From positions 1-64,000 of the IMG/VR virus record IMGVR_UViG_3300037808_000364: a stretch of 64,000 nucleotides of DNA; one strand, given 5' to 3'. Shown piece after piece: positions 21,101-31,500 of the stretch. This DNA is from a virus. The position numbers and the translations under genes are program-made. The notes beneath the pieces were generated by a model. That model was given only the letters and a program-made list of their open reading frames with translations. It was not told the origin of the DNA and did not search any database. The number at the start of each line of letters is the position of its first letter. Position 1 is the first letter of the stretch.

Positions 21101-23259
21101 CTCTCTTTCATACTGTCCAAGTATTCCGTTATCTTATCCTTAGCAACGCCGTTTGGTAGTCCGTCTACACCTATCTCGCTTTTCAATGTATCTAACGCAT
21201 CTTCTATTTGATCGTTCTCAGATGACAATGCATCAAAGAACGCACGGTGTTCGGATATGTCTTCAATGTATATGTCGTTGTAAAGCAGTAGGAATTCTTT
21301 CCACGCTTCATAGGAAACTAAAGCGGCCCTCATTTCCATCTCGGTGGCTACATAGTAATTTCCAACACCAAAAGCGTCAAGATTAGAGGAATCCAAAAGG
21401 ATTTGCTGATAAGACCCAAAGCCCCTAGGTACGGACACAGCATTATTACCAAGTTTTCCATAGTAAGGAATGACTTGTTGTTGTAACTGAGTACGAATAT
21501 CCCACTGGTTCATCTGTAGGGTATTTAGGTTGTCTGCGTTCTCCTCTCTTTTCCAGAGATCATCCCTATCTTTCTCAGTTGAGAAGAGGTGCATATCTAC
21601 CTCTTGCCCACCTACCACAAACTTATCAGTAGTAACATTGGCTAGTTCAAATCCAACGTCTTGATTCTCTACCTCAATACCGCGATCTGACAGGGTATCC
21701 AAGTACGACTTAATAGCACCATATTCTGGCTGTACAGAGCGGTCAATGGCGTCTAGGCGAATAATCCCAACCACCATGTCTTCAGGGGTTCCACGATCTA
21801 CTTGATTATTATTGTAATCATGAAGAAACTTACTAGCTGGGTGATCAATGATAGGAAGAAGGGTTACATAGAGATCATGGCTGATAATATCACACAATTC
21901 CTGTGCCAAGCTCAGTAGGTCAATCTTATCAAAGTCCATGTAATACAGCAGGGGAATCTTCTCTGTTGGGATGCCAGCGAAATCTACTACATAGTTGAAC
22001 CCACGGAAATTGATCTGCCCACCGAACCCAGCGGTCACATACTCTTGAGGCATAAACCCGTGATACTGGAACATAGCAGCCAGACCCTGACCAACCCTAT
22101 ACCACGGAATTCCCTTATCACTACGTCTGGAAAAACCCTGCCCAGTAATTGGGAAGTACTCAGGTTTGACAGTGCCGTTAAAGGAGCTATTACCAAAGTA
22201 ATACTGGTCTTTCAAATTAGCAGAACCTTCGGGTGCGACGTAGGAATCCAAGCCGTCCTTAGTCCAAGTAGTAGAATCGGTAGTTACGTTAGCTGGGGTT
22301 TTTGGAGAAACCGTCTGCCAGCCTCCTATGTCATTCCAATTGGCAGTGACCCCAATATAGTCAACGCTTCCATTGGCGTAGATGAATTTCTCTACGACGC
22401 CAGCCTCTCGCTTGGAAACTTCAAAGTCCGCAAGGAGAGGAGTAGAAGGGTCATATTCCAGAAACCCATATACGTTGATTATGTTCTTGTTATTGAATGT
22501 GGTGCCCTGATAGTTGTTTAGTAATACGTCGACACTAGAAAGAATCTCCCTAGGGTCCGATACTGAGACTGAATATAGGGGTGAGCCAGCCTGACTCTTA
22601 TTTTGAGTGTAGCTCTGTAGAATACCGCCAAACGCAAAGTGATTACGACCTCTCCATTCAGTATCATCGTTCCATAATAGACTACGATCTTCAATAACGT
22701 TGTCTACTAGGTCTACTAGATGGTAGGTTTCAAGTGAATCAAAATTATCAGCGTCGTATGTTTCCTGCGGGAAGAACCAACCCCAAGCGTTTTTAGGGTT
22801 AGTCTTGGACGGCAGAGTTTGGATGCCGTATAGATCATCATATGTTTGACGAAAAGCCTGCTCAACCGTTGATGGGTTTTTCCCAAACTTGAAAAAGACT
22901 GGGGTGCCGACTACTGGAGGTAGGAATGTATCTGTTATACCACTGTGGTATGGGTCGTCGCCAGCACCTAGTGGGTTTCCATCAGATTTGTGGAATTCAT
23001 CGTTGACCAACTGAACACTGAGCGTAGATGTGGTGTCACCGAAACCGGCGTTTAGGTCGAAATTCTGAATAGAAGCACCTAAAAAGGTTTGTTGAATGAA
23101 ACCCTCATTGCCAAAATTCCCTGAGGAAATGTTATCTGCAGTCCAACCAGCAGTAGATAGAGACCCACTAGCACCCTGAGGTAGCGTATGATGTACGGGC
23201 CAGTCTGTCCCATGTGCCCCAGAAGGTGGAACTATTCCATAATTGTTGTCAAGTGCCAT
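18127..23259 (-). CDS. Putative tail hub / central tail-tip protein
   Basis: 1710 aa; hub-like beta elements (STLSVQLV, FGGILQSY, YSVSVSDPREIL, ITSIGIAV...VKTTVKM) with coiled-coil insertions; position downstream of the TMP. Confidence 0.6.
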   Translation of the reverse strand: MALDNNYGIVPPSGAHGTDWPVHHTLPQGASGSLSTAGWTADNISSGNFGNEGFIQQTFLGASIQNFDLNAGFGDTTSTLSVQLVNDEFHKSDGNPLGAGDDPYHSGITDTFLPPVVGTPVFFKFGKNPSTVEQAFRQTYDDLYGIQTLPSKTNPKNAWGWFFPQETYDADNFDSLETYHLVDLVDNVIEDRSLLWNDDTEWRGRNHFAFGGILQSYTQNKSQAGSPLYSVSVSDPREILSSVDVLLNNYQGTTFNNKNIINVYGFLEYDPSTPLLADFEVSKREAGVVEKFIYANGSVDYIGVTANWNDIGGWQTVSPKTPANVTTDSTTWTKDGLDSYVAPEGSANLKDQYYFGNSSFNGTVKPEYFPITGQGFSRRSDKGIPWYRVGQGLAAMFQYHGFMPQEYVTAGFGGQINFRGFNYVVDFAGIPTEKIPLLYYMDFDKIDLLSLAQELCDIISHDLYVTLLPIIDHPASKFLHDYNNNQVDRGTPEDMVVGIIRLDAIDRSVQPEYGAIKSYLDTLSDRGIEVENQDVGFELANVTTDKFVVGGQEVDMHLFSTEKDRDDLWKREENADNLNTLQMNQWDIRTQLQQQVIPYYGKLGNNAVSVPRGFGSYQQILLDSSNLDAFGVGNYYVATEMEMRAALVSYEAWKEFLLLYNDIYIEDISEHRAFFDALSSENDQIEDALDTLKSEIGVDGLPNGVAKDKITEYLDSMKERQFAVTVPRCVWASDKPEMTEDGYPASPCSPPLGYPLYYRRATRIGIIEAGVGNIVNAKTRIVSDVANLKQDLENQDSPLMGLGDTKLHDYLAELKVKQEELRKSYITSNKPDEYKKSAKYKSLVAAISEGEVIYQNLDSLAKNAKDAGDIVSYVENIETKDPTMAQFMLNIGKTAKKHFENSKKVYEFVRKIADECLGKKFLVRLPKACNLNYSVNIKTFSGTDPHNVESGPFGFAPRPISSDPNYASSSDFAQTINTLKGTRGVDENGLFHHYLEDYADPAFPDGSAKLGSSDNYTDGAMKGNYNPFSEKWEWNYKPEPQGGFYSHSLFGSNFTSLDYVNGTIPFGSLPVAMKQGLVPIDTKNLLSDSNRLQCYVKYNNSHTLDFTGVNTEDMTQQVITEAGHFVPDIIEDLPNNNIDAETSFDSIKELEKDQQRKIRKQNSVAFVKCSVEEVVFLPPQLEAKDRSVWANLYNMRFAVPEVELVETVNEDCTVTFSNHIPRSQPIFGVPKDGGSDSSANWTDFKRVYDKNLDAFIVDTAIPNLDDEHVYALITVPGRIKSTIDARWKDGPKQAYNTVQIKHLMTQDVVKIPEFSKPSMPKADISSVNPPCGDPPIHDFSLDGLKKARANATEYGLTNAYFRPTIAEMKVNPSAPSGYSPGSEKDWIRLTLEEVSSARTLTKTVLKGFSLAQPQNKVGFSSPSPIFPDIVAIPLMSEERCYGPWMSASQLDFTADARVKYSNIGGRVEFVKDENLAPWNYAGYQLMDEAGSLQANFSNSLLLFSERGGFVMPDAPTGIALASALQAGGPLITSIGIAVDGSNGVKTTVKMDLYTSSFGKLQKQKEMSISQVARERQRTLDEKNNAIRRGLGKRQTSSDLVNTVMQAGGKAMLDIASATANQAQAHADVGKVVPQQILAIGKEGGKTTTPEGFSDDMSLLERSSEIAQIAVTPLASLYRAITSGPNANLPSEDISVISWMSERFNNAFQRE

Positions 23260-23260
23260 A

Positions 23261-23803
23261 TTATCCTCCGAATCCTTGTTGTCCGTTGTATGCGTTGAAA
23301 TCTATCGATGTACGATATGTTGATACAAACGGTATTTCTATTGCGTCCGCGTTATTATTATTAGATGGTAATCTTTGATGATGAACGTAGTTGTTGAATA
23401 TGGTAAAATCTGTGATACCACTCTGATTAACACCTGAAGCACTGGAAAATCTAGAGATGAGATTGTTGAAATGAAATATTCCAGACTCTTGTTCCGTATC
23501 GACCAGTGTTCCTTCATCAGGGCCGTATGTCTTTAGGGCACCAGATGCTTGCCACCACGCATCACTAAACTGGTCTGGGAAATCAGTCTTAGTAATTCCA
23601 GCCAATTCGTCCGGAGTATTCTGGTTGGGATAGGGGAATGGCGAGTTGATACCAGACCCGTGCTGTCTGAAGTCAAAGCTATTAGCTTCACCAGAGGGCA
23701 ACACCCCAGATGGTAGCTGCTGTCTAGCCGCAGCACTGAGTGGTAAATCTGGACCCAACCCCTCATCGTAGAAGTCGTCCCAATCTGGTGTGGGATTTGC
23801 CAT
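23261..23803 (-). CDS. Putative small virion protein (SG-rich)
   Basis: Tightly packed in the tail operon; 7 SG dipeptides in 180 aa. Confidence 0.6.
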   Translation of the reverse strand: MANPTPDWDDFYDEGLGPDLPLSAAARQQLPSGVLPSGEANSFDFRQHGSGINSPFPYPNQNTPDELAGITKTDFPDQFSDAWWQASGALKTYGPDEGTLVDTEQESGIFHFNNLISRFSSASGVNQSGITDFTIFNNYVHHQRLPSNNNNADAIEIPFVSTYRTSIDFNAYNGQQGFGG

Positions 23804-23805
23804 TC

Positions 23806-25533
23806 CTATTTGTCCAATTCATATGTGAATGCGATATTAAACGAGTAGGAACCCTCTTTAGGTGTCCAACTCTCTGTTGGTGCAGTAATGAAATACTTCC
23901 TTACTCCCGGCTCGCCCTGAGGGCTAAGTTCCTGTAGAAGCGTAGCCAACTGACTCGCCGTAGGCTCTACCAGACTTGGTTTTTTCAGAATTAATGAACG
24001 TCTGTCTCCACTGTAGGGTATCTTGGTATAGTCCATTACTAGGTTGATAGCTACATCCCTACGGTACTCTGTTCTACCACCAATGTTTTGCAGAATAGGG
24101 CCAGTTTGTCTTCCAAGTACTGGGATTACAGCAAATACATCTCCCGGATATGTATCATTGACTTGAATGCTCTCAGAAATTACACCGGACACAATATTAG
24201 TAGGGCGATTGTTGAAAGCTAGACTATACGAAATATCTCCAGTGTACTGGTTAGAGCCAATACTTATGGAGACCGGTTGTGAGTTCAGTTGTACGGCAAC
24301 TAGATTATTAGCTCTGTGATAGATATCACTAGTCATCCCAAATTGACCATTGTTAGAAATGCTGTTGTACTTCTGTAGGGCGTGTGCGTACGCACCGCTG
24401 ACAGCCACAACCTGTTGATCGCCAAGTTTGTCGGGGGCGACCTTGGATAAACCCTTAATAGTTCCATCTATAGAGACATTGATAAACGGATCTGAGTTAG
24501 ATGTGGCCGTTGTCATACTGTAGTTCTCAGTAGAAGTCCCGCTACTAAGCAACCAGTTTTCGGTTACAGAATATGTACCGTTAGCTACATTAATCTGTTC
24601 TGTTCTTACATGATTGAATCCACCATAGGAATCTACTAAGTTAACCGTTCCCGACCCTATGATACCAGCTACATTTGGATATGAGCCACTAGGATTGGTC
24701 GCCAAGCGACTCAAAACAAAATCACGAGCTTGTTGCCACGCTGGCTTATCAATGTCTCCATCGTAGTTGTAGACGGTCTTACCAGTAGCGTTGAGCGTGT
24801 GGGAAATACGATAAGAACGAGGGTTTTCTACAGATTCGCCCTGAGCATCGTCAGCCTCCAAGTTCCAGTCTTCACCATAATCTTCAACAAAGTGTGTTCC
24901 ACTACTGTTAAGGAGATCAACTAACTTTGTGTTGGTAGCTCTTAGGCTCCCGTTATTAGCGTATGTACCCTCTAGGTCTACGAACGCCTGATCGTCGTCG
25001 CCGGTGTTTTCTCTGAGTAAGTAGTCAGCCTCAAGTACAATAGTGTACGAACAGACGGTCACATAAGCACCCTCTGTAAAATCAATACTTACCACCTTAG
25101 GGTAGCATACTATGGTAGCTCCTGCGTCATCCAAAATATCAGATAACTCAACCCTTTGACCGTCTTGGGCAAACAGTCCACGTAGAGCACGCTGCTTGCT
25201 CAACATAGCGGAAGCGTTTTTGTTTCCCACTTGCTGACGCCACGGTTTTGGTCTGGAACTGATTGGCTCGTCATCATACAGCCCATAAGGACCAATGAAG
25301 TTCGAAGGAATATGTCCAGCGTTAAAGAAATCAAATGGTAGGTTGGTAGCTGGATTCAAGGCATATGGGGTTCCACGGTCTGCGATTAGGGTTCCTGTTA
25401 GGGTAATGGAGTACGTAATACCAAATACACCCTCCTTGTTCTTCAATACGTTCTCAGAGATCTGTATAAAGGGCGTGGGCCTTATAGTACAGTCCTGAGT
25501 ATCGTCATTGGTATATCGTACTCTAATTGGCAT
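23806..25533 (-). CDS. Putative distal-tail/tube-fold repeat protein
   Basis: About four internal units, each with an (I/V)xLxGT-like strand and a closing GxYSY/F strand; position after the TMP. Confidence 0.55.
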   Translation of the reverse strand: MPIRVRYTNDDTQDCTIRPTPFIQISENVLKNKEGVFGITYSITLTGTLIADRGTPYALNPATNLPFDFFNAGHIPSNFIGPYGLYDDEPISSRPKPWRQQVGNKNASAMLSKQRALRGLFAQDGQRVELSDILDDAGATIVCYPKVVSIDFTEGAYVTVCSYTIVLEADYLLRENTGDDDQAFVDLEGTYANNGSLRATNTKLVDLLNSSGTHFVEDYGEDWNLEADDAQGESVENPRSYRISHTLNATGKTVYNYDGDIDKPAWQQARDFVLSRLATNPSGSYPNVAGIIGSGTVNLVDSYGGFNHVRTEQINVANGTYSVTENWLLSSGTSTENYSMTTATSNSDPFINVSIDGTIKGLSKVAPDKLGDQQVVAVSGAYAHALQKYNSISNNGQFGMTSDIYHRANNLVAVQLNSQPVSISIGSNQYTGDISYSLAFNNRPTNIVSGVISESIQVNDTYPGDVFAVIPVLGRQTGPILQNIGGRTEYRRDVAINLVMDYTKIPYSGDRRSLILKKPSLVEPTASQLATLLQELSPQGEPGVRKYFITAPTESWTPKEGSYSFNIAFTYELDK

Positions 25534-28500
25534 TAGTATCCCCGTATTCTTAGGCTAAGAGAGTCTGTGGTCTGGTTATTAGTCATGTTCAGGTTCAATA
25601 TTCCTGAGTGCCCACTTGGTGCCTCAATGTTTAGATTCATTGTTCCACTAGGAGATCCAAGGACCGCAGACTGATACAGATTCATTGTATTATACACATT
25701 TGCACTATCTGGACCGATTAGAGTCAGATTCATATCTCCAGAGTTATCTACCGCACGGCCAGAGGTCACCAGATTGAACATTCCACTACTTGGCGTAGGT
25801 GCAAACAATGTTAAATCTACCTGTTCTACGTATGGACGATGAGCAACAAATCCCTTGGTTGATGGGTCAAACCCAGAAACCTCTAGGAAAATATCACCAT
25901 TTGGATTACTGAAGATGATCCCGGATACTTGGTAAGATAGGGAATCGCCTGATATATTTTGGTAAACCCTAGTTTCCAAGCGGTCCGTAGCGTCACGGTC
26001 CTTCTTCTGTCCAAATACGTGAGCCTCGATCCAGCCGCCGCTATTAGGAATAGATGGCACTTGCCCCCTAAGCATAGCATCGAATGAATATCCAGCACCA
26101 GCATCTAGTAATCCACTAGTAGGATGATTACCACTAGTAGCCCAAGAGTGCCTTGGAGAACCCACCGCCATAACATAATCACTATCACCACGACCAGCAC
26201 GATCAACAGAAACAGAACTGCCAAACCTATCGTTCTCTGTGCCGCTAGTCGTAACAAAGAATCCTCCAAGTCCATCGTCCGTATATAAGGTTGGAACCCT
26301 ATCATTATGTCCCTGAGCGTATAATTTCTCAGCATATATCCAAGACTGACCCCTGCTCTGGAAGTCAACTATTTCGTTGCGGTAATTGAATACGGCCCCG
26401 TTGTTGAGAACCATAGTCCCACTAGTGTTGCTGAACTGATCAACGCGAACCCCAGAGCTTCCAAGGTCATAGAAAACATGATTGGGAATATCGTACTCAG
26501 CATTGAAGCTCTTTCTTTGGAAGGCTGTGTTTAGTCCGTTTGGTTGTACAGCACCACTATATATGTGGCCGTGTATTGTTTCAAAATCATGATTAGGAGC
26601 ACCAATAGCTATCATGTCACAATCGATAGAAACAGATACGCCAAAGTTATCAGACCTTTTCGCGAACTCAACTATAAAACTAGCATCCAAAATATCATGG
26701 TCGTCACGTTGTTGTTCTAAAGCTACAATTGGGCTTGGTGAGAAGTCAACAATACCCACATTTAAGCTGCTAGGCTTAATTTTCTGCTGGAATTCCCAAG
26801 GCAGGAATTCTGAGACCACATTTTCTCCACTTCCTGTTTTCTCGTATACGAACACAGCACCAGCACCACCGTCTTCGGCAATTCTTACTCCAGAGCGAGA
26901 TGGGTCATTTTCAATTTCATGCCACTGTACGATACCACTAACACCACTAATAGCACCCTCGGTATAGTAAGCATTAAATGGAGAACCCACAACCAGCTTA
27001 TTATCACTCATGTCGATAGAATAACCAAACAAGTCACCTAAACATCCAGAGTAATATACGTCTAGGTCTAGGTAGTCAGTATTGGTAGCCTTCATTAGGT
27101 CATTAAGACCACCGCCGACCTTAGCGTCAGTGATGAAGTCTTTCTTGTTACCAGATTCTCCCATTAACTCTTCGTAGGTCTGTGGAGGATTGATATTTAA
27201 GAAGTCGCCACTAAATCTTGGGTATATGCCGTGAGTTCCAAGAGCGTCAGAAGTATAGAAACTCTCAACACGTTGTTTGATCTGTTCCGGACTCTTCAGT
27301 TCCGCTGGACGAGTCAGGGTTGAAGGGTCATACGTATCTTCATCGTCGTAGTAATTATCTAGACTCCCAACCACTCCAGCACCACCGTATAGTGGATCTT
27401 GTATGTTGCTAACTGCGTGACCACTAATAGCATGATACTTAGCCGCACTTCCACGTTCTGGTGCTCTCAATTTCTGAGAGAAGAACCAATTACGACCATT
27501 TACGTCTACGCTGTCAACATCTGTATAGATGTAATCATCCCCAAAGGAACCCAGTCCCGTAGTCACTACATCCAAAGAATCTGGGTATAAACTACGAATA
27601 AACTCTTGGTTACCACTTAGAGTTTCCGCACGGTAATGAGCACATTGACCCTGTAGAAGTGTGGAGTCAGAGATAACAATGATCTTTGAGCGTCTACGAC
27701 CAGTTTGGAAGGATGAGAAGTTCTCAAATTCTTCAGCAGCAACCACGGGGCCGTCTTCAATAAGCTCGTCACCAAGATATTCACACTGAGCACTAATAGC
27801 TGAGTTGCAGTAAATTTCACTCTTGTTGGACACTGGACGTGACACAGCAGGAACACTTCCACTTTCCAGAGGATTTACTTCCCACCTACAGTTGTATTCC
27901 TCTACACCCGTTGGTACTTGACCACTCGTTGTAGTAATAACGGTTTCAATATCTATTGGAAGAGGACAGCCAGAGATAGAGATCAGTCTAGGTGTAGTTG
28001 GTAGAACACCGTCAATCAGGTCTCCATGAGGGATGAATGTTCTCCACGGTGAGGTAGACAAGTTAATAGTGATCTTACTGTCAATCGCCTTGAGATCGTA
28101 TATACTTTGCGAAGGTGTTAGAACGGTCGTCTTAGACAAATCAATGTCCGAACCACATATACTGCCATCAATATCGGAGGTGAACAGTTCAGAGTCTTCT
28201 TCTCCAAGAGGGTCGTGTGTAGCACCAACAATAGTGCCGCAGATGTCAAACTTCTCAGACACTTTCTCAGATACCCAGTTTACAAACACGCGATAGCCAG
28301 AACCACTAACCGCTGGGAACTCAACGGTAGCATCTGCGTCAATCTTCCATTTATTTGTTGGGTAAACGGTGTATGGCTCAGTAACGTCGTCTTCCCACCA
28401 GATGATCTTTTCGTAGTTAGATCCACCAGACAGAGGAATGAACACGTCCTTGTTTTCGGAAAGTGTACTATCGCTGAAGTGTAGACCACTAAGGCTAGAC

Positions 28501-31500
28501 GCAGCTTGGTAATTGGGGAATGTAAACGTATACCCATTGTCGCAACCACTAACACTATCCGTAGAGGTATTAATACTCTGGACATCAAGATCTGTAGGGT
28601 CGTAGCTCTTAATAATGTTTTCAGTAACAAAATACTCGCCAATATTTGGCATCAAGATTGGACGACTCGTTACACTCAGACCGCTACACAAGTAGTTGAC
28701 ATTGTCAGCAATTTGTTGTCTAGATGACTCCGAGGTGGCATTAAACGTGATGACTAATTTCTTATTCCCAAGATCCATCCAATTTTGTAGTTCTTGTAAT
28801 TCTGACGCAGACGGTTTACCAGATGGATTAGCTACCCACGCGAAGTCTACCAAATTGTTCAGATCTGTAGCTTCTTGGTTCTCATCAAAGGCACCACCAT
28901 TGACAGAGAACTCAACGTTAAGTTTATCTCCAAGCCCATGATCTAAACCACTTTCATATGCGTCTGAGAGAGATGTACGACCAGTGAATCCGTTAATCTG
29001 AATACCACGAGGTGCAGAGGTACAATCTTTACGCACCATATTGATGTAGAACTCAGTGTTCTTATCATCATTTTGTGTCGCCGCGTCTATACCGCGACTA
29101 GCATCGTCCTCTCCCCATTGGGAGCCGATAATGTAAACTCGTGAGTTGTTAAGATCGCCGTTGGTCTTACGGCCAGATTCAACTAGACCCAAGATGGAAT
29201 CTGGGTAGATGACCCTAGTTTCTATTCTCTCTTCATCCTCTGGGTAATATGACCTACCAACACCCTGTAGTAGACCGTCACGACCATTCAGGGAATCAGG
29301 GTCAAAGAAATCACCACTATAAGTGAAGGAATTGTACTCACCACTAACGCTAGAATCAACATCCTCTGAGATATTAAAGGATACTACATCTAGGTTATCT
29401 TCTGCGAACTTGCCACTAAGAGAGCCAGCCTGATGTACTTCCCACTTGTAAAGCGTACGATAGTCACAGTAGTATCCGGACGTAGCTGGCCTCAACCACG
29501 AACTAGGTGGTAGGTGTTCAGCAGTAGTAAGAATAGGTACGGGTTCCTGATTCACCTTAGTAAATAGGGGTGTGGGAGGATCGTCGCAATTTGGAGTAAA
29601 GTTACCAAACTGTAGAGGCCAGTTCTTCTTATATGTTACAACCTTACATGTGTTAGGAGTAGTCTTCAAGCACTGCTCAGTCCACTCAGCACGTAAGTCT
29701 CCACCGTGCTCCATCGGGAACTCACAGCGAGAGTTAACGATTGGGGGTGGACTACCGTCGCAAGTAGCACCCTCCGGACAACCCATTTCATCAGAATAGC
29801 CCGTAAGACTATCACGCTCTAGGTGCATACGGATATCACCAACACCCTTGGCGTAGTAATTATTCCGGCCAATGGTTGCACCAGTAGAGTAAGACGGAAT
29901 CTTAGCCTTGGTAACATTGTACTTGTCAGCGTTCAGGTCGTCCTGAGAAACACAACCCTGCATAGAGTGTTCAATACTCTTAGCCGCGTGGATTCTCATG
30001 CGAGACCCAAGTTTCTCAAGTACGTTATTTATGATACCATTGGAATCTGCGTACAAACCGTTTTCTTCCCAAGTTGGGTCATTACCAACTAGGACAAGGT
30101 TTCTATCTCCGAGAGCTAACCAGTTCTTGATGTTATCAATGATCTCATCGCTGGCAGAATCCAACTCTGGAGTCATGATGAAAGCAAGACCAGCATCTTG
30201 TGGTATTTCTATTTCCGAGAAATCAGTACGACGCCAGTATTTTCCTTGGTAGTCTGAGCTTCCGTTGGCACCAGAAGCGAAGACCAAGTTCATAGTTTCG
30301 TAGTATCCAGCATCCCTCTCTGCTTTATGAGAAGAACGGTCAAGGTTACCAAACCTACCGAATTCAACTACTCCGCTATGAGAGTGATACTTACGTGAAG
30401 CAAACATACGGACAGCACCAGCATTATGATGTGAAGCCCAACGCATCTTACCGTCGCCCCAAACATTCGAGTCTTCAAACTCGTTGAACGAGTCTGTTGG
30501 TGCTCCAAACGCCACAACGTCTCCATCGTCGTTTACTGCTGTACTCCATCCCAAACGAGATGTAGGAGCAAACGTCTTAGGTAGAAACTGACGTGTACCA
30601 ATGTATGCAATATCTCCATAGCCATAAGAGTATGAAGGAGAGTATGACTGAGGTAGTACAGTCCAGAAGTTGATGTCATTACGGAATTCAAACCGTTCGC
30701 TAGATGACAGGAAGTCGTATGTGGCTGTCTTAGCAGTAGCAACACCAGATAGTAATACGATTTGTGCGTAGTAGGACTCGGCAGCGGTTTTGCTCTCAGC
30801 CTGACACCAAGCTAAAACGTTATCATAAACCCTCTGATCTTCATCAGCGTTTCTCTCAAAGACCCTACAGGAAACACTGTTCCAAGGAGAGCCTACGGAT
30901 ACTATTTCGCCATTAGTACTGATAGCTACACTGTGACCGAAGCGGTCATTGTAAGTATTAGCATATGTCGCACCAAATATATCAGCATTGTCCTCTTCCA
31001 GTTCAGCTATATCATTTGGAGATGTAATGACCTGAACACAGTTGAAGTTGTCACGTTCTTTTTCGAATATGTAAACTCGACCACCCGAAGCTGGTGGAAC
31101 TTGGAACTCAGTAAGAATAGAACCGTGCGTATCTCCCCAGTCCTGCCCAACTCCGCTCGCGACAAAGTTGCGGTTGAGGGTCGAATTAGTGTATGTTGAC
31201 GATAGTCTTCCGGAGTCGAACGTATTAGTAAGTAAAGCACTTGCCGTAGTAGCCCAATTTTCAGACTGACCAAATACCTTGTTCAGGTGTCCACTTTGAG
31301 CTAGGTTTGTAGTTGGATCAAACACACCACTCTGAGATGAGTAAGCTAGATAGAAACTAGAGAACCTATCATAGAGATTAATGGCGTTCCCACCAGTATC
31401 AGCATACTGTAGGGCACCAGCCGTAGATCCAGTCTGCTCTTGAAACATACCAACTATTGCTGGGATACCACTATACAGCGTATTTTGACCAGCGGGGAAT

